From Sulfolobales archaeon HS-7 (GTDB taxonomy: Archaea; Thermoproteota; Thermoprotei_A; Sulfolobales; Sulfolobaceae): a DNA stretch of 64,000 bases. Below, piece after piece: positions 1 to 10,930 of the stretch (position 1 is its first letter; each line of letters begins with the position of its first letter). The position numbers and the translations under genes are program-made. The notes under the pieces are model-generated. The model was given only the letters and a program-made list of their open reading frames with translations, had not been told where the DNA came from and ran no database searches. The stretch is from NCBI GenBank assembly GCA_019704295.1, contig AP024596.1, positions 1,760,001 through 1,824,000 on the forward strand, given 5' to 3'.

Positions 1-73
1 ATAGAAACCATGCAGTAGATGCTCCTGCTACGCCACCACCTACTATAACTACATCAAAACTAACTCTTTCCAC
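1..73 (-). CDS. FAD-dependent oxidoreductase, geranylgeranyl reductase family (5' part; runs off window)
   Basis: Manual translation from GTG at 73: MERVSFDVVIVGGGVAGASTAWFL, with an N-terminal GxGxxG FAD-binding motif. Confidence 0.7.
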   Translation of the reverse strand, partial: MERVSFDVVIVGGGVAGASTAWFL

Positions 74-239
74 GCTTCTCCGCTATTTTACTACATTCTA
101 CACTAAAAAAATTTCCTTAACTATCGTTGAGGGAATCTCGCTACACTATATCACGGCATAATAATATTGTCTCAAAACGAAGTTCCTTTGATATTGGACC
201 ATAGCGACATCACTAATAGGAATTACCATTATGATTACT

Positions 240-641
240 CTACGTAGCGCAAAGATCCCTTACCAGTGCAGCTTTTAGTTTGTTAGGTATTTTGTCTTTT
301 AGTCGCGATAAACTACCTTTTTCTTTTTCCGAACAGTAAAAGAGTAATCCAGCTGGTTGCGTCGCTTTGTCTAGAAACGACAGGAATTTATCTGTTTCGT
401 CCTTTTTCCACATGTAAATACTTAAGGAAAGGTCTATATTTTCTAACATAGCCTCCCTCGCCTCTGCAACGAATTGTGGATAAGTCATATCGCTTATGAC
501 ATTAAGGTCTACCTTATTGAAGCCGTGTGTCTTAGTTTCTCTAAAGATTGCTCTAAGAAAGCTACTTGAGTCTTCAGGGGATATTACTGCAATTACTGAG
601 AGAATACGTTGAATACCCTCTTTTCTCAAGATTACTGGCAT
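240..641 (-). CDS. hypothetical protein
   Basis: 133-aa ORF co-directional with its neighbours; no motif recognised. Confidence 0.6.
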   Translation of the reverse strand: MPVILRKEGIQRILSVIAVISPEDSSSFLRAIFRETKTHGFNKVDLNVISDMTYPQFVAEAREAMLENIDLSLSIYMWKKDETDKFLSFLDKATQPAGLLFYCSEKEKGSLSRLKDKIPNKLKAALVRDLCAT

Positions 642-745
642 GCTTGAATGTCTCTGTATCCCTATATAAAAGTAAGGCGCTTGAAAGAGGACTTAGTACC
701 TTAATAGGAGTATTTCTAATTTTTCACGTATTAATAGATAATAAT

Positions 746-1281
<536 letters not shown>

Positions 1282-1285
<4 letters not shown>

Positions 1286-2097
1286 GGAACCACCCCATCG
1301 AATATCGCAACTTTAGAAAAGTCCTTGTTCCTCACACCTCTTGCCATACTTATGGTATTATAGGAGGAGAACGCCTCACCCCTAGATGTAATTCCAATGA
1401 TTCCGAAATTATCTCTTCCGAAACGATTAGAGATCTTATTAGTTACCGCAGTAATACTATCCTGCAAACTATAACCCATACCAATTAATGTATCCACTTC
1501 CTTACCAGGAAGATTCACCATAATTATTTCTCCTATACCAGTAGATGACGTACCAACTCTCTCTGTGGCGTAATATCCAGCTCCCGGTATGGGGGAGTCC
1601 CCGATTCTACCTGGACTCTTGTTTTCTATCCCCCCTGTACTCGTCCCAGCCACAATGTGTCCACTTTTGTCTACAGCAACAGCGCCCACCGTATCCCCCC
1701 CAAATCCTGTGGTTGGGATCACTGTGCTTTCTCTACATACGTTTGCTATTAATACGTGAGGGGAGTTCTTCATTACATTATAGGCTTCTCTAATCGGATT
1801 CTTGCATCTACTAGCAGCTATAGCACCAGCCTTCATAGTTAGTCCGTCCATAATACCCGCATCCATTTCTACTTCTCCTGCACTATTTTTCACACTTCCT
1901 TTTCCAGCATCGAACAAACCGGAGTCCTCCATATAAGCAATTGCCTCTACTACTGCTTCCGCAGGTCCGTACTTAATAAGGGCCTCATAACCCCTATCTA
2001 GTGATTTCGTTAGTTCTGACAAAGCCTTTTCATGATCCCTTTTCTTCCAATTTCCTGCTCCACCATGAATTACGATAATTGGTAATTCGTAAAACAT
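1282..2097 (-). CDS. isoaspartyl peptidase / L-asparaginase (Ntn hydrolase)
   Basis: [23 protein letters not shown] (catalytic Thr), STGG, GRIGDSP motifs. Confidence 0.92.
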
Positions 2098-2586
2098 TTC
2101 TTTATTTTAAAGAACGCGACATTTTTAATTTTACCGTATAATTTGAGAACTTAGGCGTCTATTCGAACTCTTACATAACATTGCGTCTACCCTTAGGTGA
2201 TGAGATAGGGCATACTCAACTACTGGAGAGACATTACGAACACTCGTTCCCAGCATTTTTCTGATTTTCACAGGGCCTTACAGTACTAAATAAAAAGGCT
2301 ATATATTCTAATTATGTCGTTCTAATCACTATTAACGCTAGTTACGTAAAATTTAGTAAAGTGATGTTTTCCTAAAACTGAACTCACGTAAGTGAAGGGA
2401 ACTTCTGCATCAAATATTTAATCTTGTTACTTCATAAAAATTTATATATATAATATCATGATAATAATATTTAATAGGAGATTTTTAACTTGCAAATAAG
2501 GTAACATAGTATCGTATTAAACGCATGAGAAAGAGGATGTCGATAAAACATAATAATTAGCTGTCGTTCATTTATTAGTATATCGT

Positions 2587-3219
2587 ATGGCCCGAAATAG
2601 AAAAGACAGCGATAAGGACGACCATGACGAAGTTGTCTTAACGCCAGTAAGAAAAAGGGCCCATGACAAGTTTGTAAAGCTACTTGGTAAGTACACACAT
2701 GTTATTTACGATGACAACAAAACGCCTACTAAGGCTAGTTCAATGAGCGAAATGCTAGACGTAATGACGGATACCTCGCAGAAGCTAGGTACAGATCTTA
2801 ACGTGATAGTACTTTCAATGTTTCTCTTACCTGCAGTAAAGCAGGCTGGGCTAAACTTGGCGCCGTTGGAATTAATAATGCAATATAAGGACACTAGGGA
2901 CGATAAAATAGTGAAAAATGTCCAGAATCTTGGTAAGAACCTGTCAGAAATACTTAAAAATTTGGAATGCTTTAACAATTGCGTAAATCTCACTGTAAAG
3001 GTCTTAACGGAGTGGATGATGCCGGAAAGTACAGCAATGATATCTAGTGAGGGCAACGAATTCAAAATTACCTTAATTCACAGGAGAAGTATAGGAACGG
3101 AAATAAAGCAATTTTCTCTAACCGTAATAGAGGGTTTTCTGGGTGGTTACGGTTACGCAATAGCTGAGAGACAGATCGAGGAGACGTCCGGGATGCTGAG
3201 GTTCGTGAAAAATGAATGA
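2587..3219 (+). CDS. hypothetical protein; possible degenerate RHH N-terminus plus V4R-like C-terminal domain
   Basis: 210-aa ORF with C-terminal IEGFLGGYG..strand pattern; coupled to the next gene. Confidence 0.6.
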   Translation: MARNRKDSDKDDHDEVVLTPVRKRAHDKFVKLLGKYTHVIYDDNKTPTKASSMSEMLDVMTDTSQKLGTDLNVIVLSMFLLPAVKQAGLNLAPLELIMQYKDTRDDKIVKNVQNLGKNLSEILKNLECFNNCVNLTVKVLTEWMMPESTAMISSEGNEFKITLIHRRSIGTEIKQFSLTVIEGFLGGYGYAIAERQIEETSGMLRFVKNE

Positions 3220-3751
3220 GGAAGAAATTAAAAGCAGGAAGATGATTGCGATTAAACCAGAGCTTCACAACAAATTAAAAAAAATTAGCGAAAGTTCTGG
3301 AATACCGCTTTTCACCATAACTAACAATATTCTAGAAGAGGCCTTACGGTTATATGATATGAAGATTCCAGCGTCGGAATTGTATAACATTATCCAAGCT
3401 ATTATAATGTTTAGGGATATCGGTTTCATACCTTTTCCCTATTCCCATGTAACCAAAAGTCGAACTGAGGATTGGGAGAAATTAGGGGAAACTGTGGGTA
3501 TCTATATGACCAATATTGGAAAAGGGAGTAAAGAAGACGTAATTAATTTTGCTAAGATGTACTTATTTCTGATAGGAGTTAACCCCCTTCATTTCTCAAA
3601 TGGAAAGAAAGGAGTATTTGCATCAGGTACGGCAATAACTCAAGACTTTATAGAAAAAATAGGAAATTTCTTTAATGGTATCATAAGGAAAACGGGGACT
3701 GGGTTAACGGTAAAAGCGACATATCAGTACATTTCAATAGAAGAAGTTTGA
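3212..3751 (+). CDS. ribbon-helix-helix protein with possible V4R-like C-terminal domain
   Basis: RKMIAIKPELHNKLKKISESSGIPLFTITNNILEEAL fits the RHH pattern; later WEKLGETVG...FFNGII. Confidence 0.65.
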   Translation: MNEEEIKSRKMIAIKPELHNKLKKISESSGIPLFTITNNILEEALRLYDMKIPASELYNIIQAIIMFRDIGFIPFPYSHVTKSRTEDWEKLGETVGIYMTNIGKGSKEDVINFAKMYLFLIGVNPLHFSNGKKGVFASGTAITQDFIEKIGNFFNGIIRKTGTGLTVKATYQYISIEEV

Positions 3752-4650
3752 TTTTTGCAGGAGTTGATCCTGGAACTGACACGTGGGCATTTGCATCAGT
3801 TAACGAAATAGGAAATCTAATTGATTACTTTGAAATACCAGCTGTCCTGGTGGAAAAAGATTACGTGAGTCTCTTTAACAGGCTGTTAAGGAATAAACCT
3901 AAGCTAATTGCACTGCCTTCGGGTCACGGGATGCCTTTCCTAACTTGTAGGGAAATTGGGAATCGTGAGATCTTCTTTATGACATTAAAGGATCCGTTTG
4001 AGACTGGTCCTTTAAGGAACTTCTTAATTTACGCGAGGAGTTTCTGTAACGTAATCACGATTCCTGGCGTAAAGGAATTGCTCTCTATCAGCGAGAGTAA
4101 GAAAAGGAACTTAATAGATATGGGAACAGCAGACAAGGTTGCGTCGGCCTTTTTTTACATAACTAGATTTCCAGGATTCGTTCTCGTCGAAATGGGAAGA
4201 CATTTCTCAGCAATCATTGTTGTAGTGGATAGAAAAATCGTAAATGGTGTGGGAGGAAGTGTTTTACCAGGTCTGAGATCTAATGGTGCAATAGATGGGG
4301 AAATAGCTTACCTACTATCTAAATACTCAAAAATCTCGAAGGAGTCGATCTATGAGGGGGGGAATCTAGAAAGATCAATTGAGGTGATAGAGTCTATCGC
4401 ATCCTACTACTCCAGGAAACATAATGTTCCCATCATTATCTCTGGACCAGCGAAAGACGTATTTCCTTACGGAATCAAATTCCAACTCCCTTATAAAGAA
4501 GCTGCAGTCGGTGCAGCGCTAATAGCAAACGCTTTTGGAGGCGGTTATTACAGGAAATATATGGAGTCAGTTATTTCTGCCGGGAATCCGCTATCTTACA
4601 TAGACATTAAGGGATGGGAGAAGATAGTTTCCTTGATAGAGACGCTTTAA
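3748..4650 (+). CDS. DUF1464 family protein (ASKHA/butyrate-kinase-like fold)
   Basis: GVDPGT, PSGHG, IDMGTADK, GAIDGE, EAAVGAALIA motifs. Confidence 0.8.
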   Translation: MIFAGVDPGTDTWAFASVNEIGNLIDYFEIPAVLVEKDYVSLFNRLLRNKPKLIALPSGHGMPFLTCREIGNREIFFMTLKDPFETGPLRNFLIYARSFCNVITIPGVKELLSISESKKRNLIDMGTADKVASAFFYITRFPGFVLVEMGRHFSAIIVVVDRKIVNGVGGSVLPGLRSNGAIDGEIAYLLSKYSKISKESIYEGGNLERSIEVIESIASYYSRKHNVPIIISGPAKDVFPYGIKFQLPYKEAAVGAALIANAFGGGYYRKYMESVISAGNPLSYIDIKGWEKIVSLIETL

Positions 4651-5522
4651 TGGATAAAAGAGGAAATTACTACATAGTAATTGGTAATGCGCATCCTAGA
4701 GGTTACGTTATTGCTTACCTAAAGTACGTAAAAGGGAATGGCTTATGGAGAGGCTATCAACGTGTACTTCCGCAATACGGAATTAAGAACGTTTTACAAC
4801 TAAGTCAGGAGTTCTCCTTTGAACCTTGCATGGACGTTTCTGTCCCAATTATTAGAACATCTGAAATATGGCTTCATTTAAGACCACAAGATGCCCTTAC
4901 CCGGATTATTAGACATCCTTCTGACAACTTAGAGTTCGTTGCCGTTGAGATGATTAGTCGTTTAGGAACTAATTCGGCGGGAATAGCTGGTTCCCTGATG
5001 CTGGGAATACATCATGAGGATTCCGATATAGACGTGATATATTATGGATGTAAGCGTTCCTTGGATGTAATGCATAGCTTTGAGGGATTTGAAACCGATA
5101 AAGACTGGATCGTTGAAGTAAGTCAGAATTATGGATTAAAGCCCATAAAGGACCTCTACTCTATAAAAAGGCGAGGAATCTTCAAGGGAAAAAAATACTC
5201 TATTAACTTCGTAAATGATAAACCTGAGAAGTTCTGCAAAGAATCATGTAATAAGGTGGGTAGGCAAAAGTTAGTTGCTTACGTAGAGCCTGAATCATGT
5301 GAAGCACTTTTTTATCCAATTTCGATGAATTTATTCGATACTAACGTAATTAGTGGCCCCTCGGTTAAACCAGATAAGGTGATGTCATATGAAGGAGTGA
5401 TTTCCAATCTACTATTTGTCGGGGGACGTTTTAAAATGGAAGGAATGTTAATGAAATGCGATACAGGATTCAAGTTAATTCTCGGGGATAGGGATGTCGG
5501 TCTTAAAATTGACAAACTGTAG
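4614..5522 (+). CDS. nucleotidyltransferase-domain protein
   Basis: GIAGSLMLG...SDIDV Pol-beta motif; N-terminal HP....AYLKY. Confidence 0.8.
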   Translation: MGEDSFLDRDALMDKRGNYYIVIGNAHPRGYVIAYLKYVKGNGLWRGYQRVLPQYGIKNVLQLSQEFSFEPCMDVSVPIIRTSEIWLHLRPQDALTRIIRHPSDNLEFVAVEMISRLGTNSAGIAGSLMLGIHHEDSDIDVIYYGCKRSLDVMHSFEGFETDKDWIVEVSQNYGLKPIKDLYSIKRRGIFKGKKYSINFVNDKPEKFCKESCNKVGRQKLVAYVEPESCEALFYPISMNLFDTNVISGPSVKPDKVMSYEGVISNLLFVGGRFKMEGMLMKCDTGFKLILGDRDVGLKIDKL

Positions 5523-6384
5523 GGACATAGCAAGAAGAATAACATATGCATCAATAAAGGAGATTCTAACAAATAAGCCAGGTAACGCGTCTCCTAAAAA
5601 GGATATAAGGAGTGTTAAGTTCTCCGAGATATTAAGTAACGCTATGGAACTTGAACCTTACTATTATCAACTTTGCATGAAGGGAGTCTCTCAAGAAAAA
5701 GGGATATACGACCATCTATATTCCGCAATAGTTGAATCTAAGAAAAAAGGGATATCTTTTCACTTACTGGGTACGGCTTTATTAAATATGCCCATTGCGT
5801 ATGTTGCTGGCACTTCTCCAAATCTAGCGGATTTACGTAGTGGATTAGGACGAGTAATTAGGGAGTTAGATCAAACGGAGTTTGACAATTTCAGGAAATC
5901 CCTGCAAATCGTTAGCCCCAGCTATTTGGGTAGGTTAGATATGTCAGATTACAGAAACTTCTCAGGCAGTATGTACGATGTTCTGGTAGTATCTTCTGAA
6001 TCTGACAGAAATTGCTCTAACATGGTTAACGGTTACGTTATATCCTTCGAAATATATGAGTGGTTCAAAAGTAATGGCGACTCTGAGGAGACTGTTACTT
6101 TAGAATTCCTCAATCTCCTCTCCAATTATCCAGACACTCTCCTCTACAGGAAACACGGAGGAAGGGTATCACTGCAAGTTTCTGAACTAGTTAGGTCAAT
6201 GCTCAACAGTACGGCAAACATTATGGGAATATCGGAATTCCTAGACAGGTATCTTACGGAAAGAGGTTTCAACCCTGGTTCGACGGCTGACTTAATAGCA
6301 TCAGGTCTAGCACTATATTATTTGGATAAGCTATATAGTAATAGAAATAATGAGAGTTTTACTTATAACGAAAACCCTATGTAA
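5494..6384 (+). CDS. CitG-like (triphosphoribosyl-dephospho-CoA synthase family) protein
   Basis: KPGN, YPDTLLYRKHG and NPGSTADL motifs. Confidence 0.8.
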   Translation: MSVLKLTNCRDIARRITYASIKEILTNKPGNASPKKDIRSVKFSEILSNAMELEPYYYQLCMKGVSQEKGIYDHLYSAIVESKKKGISFHLLGTALLNMPIAYVAGTSPNLADLRSGLGRVIRELDQTEFDNFRKSLQIVSPSYLGRLDMSDYRNFSGSMYDVLVVSSESDRNCSNMVNGYVISFEIYEWFKSNGDSEETVTLEFLNLLSNYPDTLLYRKHGGRVSLQVSELVRSMLNSTANIMGISEFLDRYLTERGFNPGSTADLIASGLALYYLDKLYSNRNNESFTYNENPM

Positions 6385-6829
6385 TGAGTTGATGGTTCAG
6401 AAGGTTAATCGCTTTAACGTTGACGCCGTAATAGGAGTTGGAGATGTTACTTGTCCCGAAAGGTTTAAGGGATTTAAGGGTCTACATGGGGAGCTTGATG
6501 GGGTACACGCGTATAAGTATATTATGAGGAATAGGTTTACTTCCTCGTTAGCGTTATCTTCAGATTTTACGACGGAGTATGTGGTAAGCCATATGCCGCC
6601 ATTGGGCTCCACAACTGCAGTGGTAAACGGGGTTTATATTGGTTCGATTGAGGTTACGGAGTTAGTGAAAAGACATAAACCTAAGATCTTATTTCACGGA
6701 CACGTAGAGGACCAGGGCAAGGGGCTAATTAATGGCGTCCTCGTAGTTTCCATCGGTTCGTTAGATAGGGGTCGTGCAATACTATTTGATGAAGAAAGGC
6801 TTTTTTTCGAATTCCTAGAAATTAAGTAA
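6350..6829 (+). CDS. metallophosphoesterase
   Basis: GVGD, SHMPP and FHGHV motifs. Confidence 0.75.
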   Translation: MRVLLITKTLCNELMVQKVNRFNVDAVIGVGDVTCPERFKGFKGLHGELDGVHAYKYIMRNRFTSSLALSSDFTTEYVVSHMPPLGSTTAVVNGVYIGSIEVTELVKRHKPKILFHGHVEDQGKGLINGVLVVSIGSLDRGRAILFDEERLFFEFLEIK

Positions 6830-7435
6830 ATTCCTTCTTTTCATTTCTTCTAGGACGTCTTTAACGGGTATTGGCGGTTCGACTCCGTAATTGTCCTTGA
6901 AAGCGTGCTCTATATCAGTTTTTACACCGTTATCAAGGAGTTTCCTTATCAGATTTATCTCATCTTCCCAATAGTTCCAAGGATACATAAACCATGCCCA
7001 ATCTGTAATGGTCGCGGCATAGTAGTCCGGTTTAATCCTCGCAGTACTTTCGATATACTGCATAGTAGATGTTCTTATCGCACCAGGATTGAAATTATCG
7101 CTTACAAATTTCTTCGCTATCTCGAGACTATCCCCAGTGTCACATATATCATCGACTATTAATACATTCCCTCCCTTTAAGTCAAGTTTATACGGGAACT
7201 TAATTTTAGCTTCGACGTCCTTGTTAGCGGTCTGCACCCAATGTTCAACTTTTATTGAAATTACGTCAAGGACGCCTAACGCGTCGGCAACTAACCTGGC
7301 CGGTACCAAACCTCCGCGTGCAATTGCAATGATTACGTCTACCTTATATTCGTCCCTTTTGATCTTATCGCTTATGCCAGAACTCCAGTTTACTATATCG
7401 TCCCAGTCGACCACCCTAACGGGTATCTTGACCAA
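6815..7435 (-). CDS. purine phosphoribosyltransferase (HGXPRT/gpt-like)
   Basis: IARGG and [17 protein letters not shown]-binding loop; W.MYPW. Confidence 0.9.
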   Translation of the reverse strand: MVKIPVRVVDWDDIVNWSSGISDKIKRDEYKVDVIIAIARGGLVPARLVADALGVLDVISIKVEHWVQTANKDVEAKIKFPYKLDLKGGNVLIVDDICDTGDSLEIAKKFVSDNFNPGAIRTSTMQYIESTARIKPDYYAATITDWAWFMYPWNYWEDEINLIRKLLDNGVKTDIEHAFKDNYGVEPPIPVKDVLEEMKRRNLLNF

Positions 7436-7522
7436 AAACTATCCCCCTCAAAATTAATCGTAGTGTTAATTAGCTTTTCTAGAGATAGTTAATACTTGTT
7501 TTGACAAAAATGTTCTTATTAA

Positions 7523-7804
7523 TTAAGACACGTAGAGTAATCCAGCCTTTTTCATAGATTCTTCGATCATAATCTTGACTATGTCACTTTTGAAACCTGC
7601 ACATGAGATCATTATCACCTTTCCTTTCCTCTCATCACAAACTATTTTACACATCAAGTTGTAGTTTGTAGACTTCAAGATCAAATCATGAACCATTCCA
7701 AAAGTCTGTTCTTGCTTGAGAAATATCTTAATCCCCTGAACCTCGATCAGTAGTCTGCCGTCAGTCGACCGCTTAAATATGTCGCAATTGAGGGGATCGA
7801 TCAT
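7523..7804 (-). CDS. hypothetical protein
   Basis: 93-aa ORF coupled to the upstream gene by an ATGA overlap. Confidence 0.65.
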   Translation of the reverse strand: MIDPLNCDIFKRSTDGRLLIEVQGIKIFLKQEQTFGMVHDLILKSTNYNLMCKIVCDERKGKVIMISCAGFKSDIVKIMIEESMKKAGLLYVS

Positions 7805-8139
7805 TTTATCACTATTGTCAGATCTTTGTCACATAACAGTCTCCTGTTTTGATAAAATGGAACCACTTTATCCTGAATTTCCTTTGCTATGCACTGCAGA
7901 TAGGGGACATATTCTTCAGGAACATCTATGACCTCATAGAAGTAAAGTTGACCCTCTATGAAGGGAGGCACCCTATATCCTCCTAGACTAACCTTACCGT
8001 CCAAGTAATCGACAAAGAGAACCCTATTCTGATTTCTAATCAGCAGGTTTGCGTTCTTGATAAAAGACGCAGAGCCCTTCACTTCCGATTTAAAAATTTT
8101 TTTTCCCTTAAGCGTAATTTTTAGTAGCAAAGGGATCAC
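7801..8139 (-). CDS. hypothetical protein
   Basis: 112-aa ORF with 4-nt overlaps on both sides. Confidence 0.65.
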   Translation of the reverse strand: MIPLLLKITLKGKKIFKSEVKGSASFIKNANLLIRNQNRVLFVDYLDGKVSLGGYRVPPFIEGQLYFYEVIDVPEEYVPYLQCIAKEIQDKVVPFYQNRRLLCDKDLTIVIK

Positions 8140-8531
8140 TCAAACATGAGCTTTTGAAGTTTAGCGTAGTAATAAAGTAATATTATTTGAATAACGCACA
8201 AAGCCATTATGGAGCCTATAAACAATAGAAGGTAAGTTGGAGGAGAAAACGCTATTATGTAACCAGAGTATATAACTATTGCTAAAATCGATTTAAGTAT
8301 TCCGTAGTACTCAGCGTATTTTAAGCTCATGGTTATCATGGCAAGGATTAACACGTTAAATAAGGCAGATATTAGAGGAACACCTATCAAGACCTGTCTC
8401 TCTACTATATTGGTTATTGGAAGTCCCACGTAAGTCAGTACGGAATATAGCGCTGTTGATAATATGATGTTAATCGAATAAACTATTGATGACGATACTG
8501 TAAGTACCCTATTCATTTCTCTAGTGTCCAA
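8136..8531 (-). CDS. membrane protein (about 4 TM)
   Basis: Four hydrophobic segments. Confidence 0.7.
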   Translation of the reverse strand: MDTREMNRVLTVSSSIVYSINIILSTALYSVLTYVGLPITNIVERQVLIGVPLISALFNVLILAMITMSLKYAEYYGILKSILAIVIYSGYIIAFSPPTYLLLFIGSIMALCVIQIILLYYYAKLQKLMFE

Positions 8532-8782
8532 TCACTCTCGCCAAGAAGATAATATATGTTTTCAAGAATAAAAAGTTATCTTTAGAAATGATACGAAGTA
8601 AATAATTAGCTTTTATCGGCCAAAATATATTCTGAAGATGATATAGATTTTGTTAAACTGGCATTCTTACTAGTTGAGTTATTAACCGAGTAGGTTGCTA
8701 AGGTTTGAAGGAAATACTTTTCGGTATTATAGTAAAACGTTAATAAGGACAGAGTTTTTAATATAAGCTAGAGGGGATAATT

Positions 8783-9250
8783 TTGTCACAGCCTGGAACT
8801 TCGAAGTCGAAGGAACTTAAAATCACATCGAAACAGGTAGTCTCAAAGAACGCGATTAATGAAGACCCTAAAAAAGCAAAACTTCTGTACATAATAAAGG
8901 TTGTAGGACCGATATCTGAAAGGGGACTTTTTTCCCTAATAAAAGATCTTCAAGAAAAAAATGTTAATTTAGGATATGAGTTTACCGAAGTAGCTGGAAA
9001 GCTTACTAGTATCACATTAAGAGAGGACATAACACAGCTACTCTATTTAGGCTACGTGGAAAACGACGTCAATGACAAGAGGTTGAAAATAACTGGTGAC
9101 GGGGATGAGGCATTAGCTAGTGTAAACATAGAGAACGAGTTCGCTTCGGCATTAAGTAACGCAATAACTGAATTAAAAACTAAAATCCGTGCAATTGATC
9201 TGGAAGAAACGGAAAAAATAAAGAGAGAGAGGAGGCAAAGACGTCGTTAG
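8783..9250 (+). CDS. winged-helix protein, function unknown
   Basis: LREDITQLLYLGYVE...LKITGDG wHTH-like pattern; basic C-terminal tail. Confidence 0.65.
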   Translation: MSQPGTSKSKELKITSKQVVSKNAINEDPKKAKLLYIIKVVGPISERGLFSLIKDLQEKNVNLGYEFTEVAGKLTSITLREDITQLLYLGYVENDVNDKRLKITGDGDEALASVNIENEFASALSNAITELKTKIRAIDLEETEKIKRERRQRRR

Positions 9251-9670
9251 TCAAATCATAGGGAAAGTGTTTCTCCTTCCAGTACTCTGACCCTGATTTT
9301 GCTCTTCAGGTTGCTTTATCCATATTAATGGATCGAGTTGATCTGAATCCTTGAGTTTAGTTATGATGTCCTTAAACTGACTTGTATGTCTTATGTCAAG
9401 TTCTAGCAACTGTAAGAGAATAGACCATGAAGTTTTCTGTACGTCTATTAGCATCTCCTTCGGCATATGTTTTATTACTAAGGGGTCTTGCAACCATTGA
9501 TCAAAGGCCTTCAAGGTCCTCATCATGTGTTGAAAGGCATATCTCGAGTCGAGGATAAGATCTAATCGATCACCGCCTTCCTCCTTATCTCCTCTCTGTT
9601 TTATAAGCTCAAGTAGATTCTTCTGAACCTTTATCCACTCGTCCAGGTTAGATATAAATGAATTCTCCAA
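9251..9670 (-). CDS. DUF2153 family protein
   Basis: W.K.Q...DRLDLI...[19 protein letters not shown]...[11 protein letters not shown] pattern. Confidence 0.8.
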   Translation of the reverse strand: MENSFISNLDEWIKVQKNLLELIKQRGDKEEGGDRLDLILDSRYAFQHMMRTLKAFDQWLQDPLVIKHMPKEMLIDVQKTSWSILLQLLELDIRHTSQFKDIITKLKDSDQLDPLIWIKQPEEQNQGQSTGRRNTFPMI

Positions 9671-9848
9671 ACCCAGTACACCTCACGTACAGCATACGAT
9701 TAGCTAGTTAAAAAGATATATACAATCTAGAAGTTTCCTTGAATAACGCCATTATAGACGTTGAGTAAAGTCGTTCTAGCCAGGGGGTTCTCGTTAGGGG
9801 TACTAGCATAGTCATGAGTTTTATTACTGGAATATCAACTTTGACTAT

Positions 9849-10517
9849 ATGGGAAGAAAACCTAGCTTAGCTAGTGGTAAGCATGTGCAAGTGGCATTAG
9901 ATTTCATAGCGTTAGAAAAAGCTTTGGTTGTAGCTATTAATTCAATTAAAGCTGGCGTTACTATAGTTGAGGCAGGAACGCCGTTAGTTAAGGCAGAGGG
10001 AATTAAAGGACTTAAGGTATTAAGGGCCATTTCACCTGATATTTTATTACTTGCCGATACCAAGACAGCCGATGCAGGAGACGTTGAGGCCGAAATAGCG
10101 AGCCAGGGAGGAGCAAATATTATGACTGTCTTAGGAGCTATGGACGACTCAACAATCAGCTCCGCCGTCAAAAGGGCTAACGAGTCGGGAATTTTAGTTC
10201 AGGTCGACATGATAAACGTCAAAGATCCCGTAAAGCGTGCTAGGGAAGTAAGTAAGTTAGGTGTAGATATAATAGGGTTTCACGTAGGTCTTGACGTCCA
10301 AAAGACTAGAAATATTTCTGTGTCGTCTTTAAGAGAGGAAATTGTTGAGGTCTCATCCCTGGAGATCCCGATATCTGTTGCTGGAGGATTAAACCCTGAG
10401 AGAATAACGGAATTGGCGGACCTACCTATTTCCATATTCGTAGTAGGTTCCTATATTACGTCCAGTTCGAACCCATATGACACGGCTTTAAGGTGTGTTA
10501 AGGCCTTACATCCCTAG
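9849..10517 (+). CDS. hxlA: 3-hexulose-6-phosphate synthase (OMPDC family)
   Basis: QVALD, EAGTPL, ADTKTADAG, HVGLD, VAGG motifs. Confidence 0.85.
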   Translation: MGRKPSLASGKHVQVALDFIALEKALVVAINSIKAGVTIVEAGTPLVKAEGIKGLKVLRAISPDILLLADTKTADAGDVEAEIASQGGANIMTVLGAMDDSTISSAVKRANESGILVQVDMINVKDPVKRAREVSKLGVDIIGFHVGLDVQKTRNISVSSLREEIVEVSSLEIPISVAGGLNPERITELADLPISIFVVGSYITSSSNPYDTALRCVKALHP

Positions 10518-10930
10518 GGATATTCAACTAGAGCGTATTTACCCTGACCCTCATATACTTTTACTGAAATCCGGAATTTCTGACCTAGTTTATTATGTAG
10601 TGACTTAGCCATTTCCATAGCTATGAATTCTGCCGTAGCAAAGCTGTCCTTCACTACCCTTATGTCTGTCCTGAAAGGACCATGTAAGGTTATCTTATCT
10701 AAATCCTTTTCTGGAATAAGCAATTTATGATCCCATCCTCTCAACTCCTCACATACTACTGTCTGAAGTGTGTTGAAGTCGAGAACAAATCCTGTTTTTT
10801 CATCAACCTCTCCTTCAACTTCTACGGAGACAAGATAAGTGTGCCCGTGTATCTGATCGTCTGATGGTGAGGAAAGAGTATAATGAGCTGCGTCGAAAGC
10901 CTTTCCTTCAATTCCGATTTTAACTTTCAT
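10514..10930 (-). CDS. 6-pyruvoyl-tetrahydropterin synthase (COG0720/QueD-like), Cys-less variant
   Basis: FDAAH...QIHGHTY...DF...DH...TAE..A...VYEG; no CxxxHGH cysteine. Confidence 0.85.
   Translation of the reverse strand: MKVKIGIEGKAFDAAHYTLSSPSDDQIHGHTYLVSVEVEGEVDEKTGFVLDFNTLQTVVCEELRGWDHKLLIPEKDLDKITLHGPFRTDIRVVKDSFATAEFIAMEMAKSLHNKLGQKFRISVKVYEGQGKYALVEYP

Noticed and set aside
2197-2264. GTGATGA...CTGA as a C/D sRNA
   Set aside because: Span is long and there are no convincing internal D'/C' boxes
9775-9810. G-rich CTAG-bounded segment between DUF2153 and hxlA as an sRNA
   Set aside because: No stable stem or box motifs could be established
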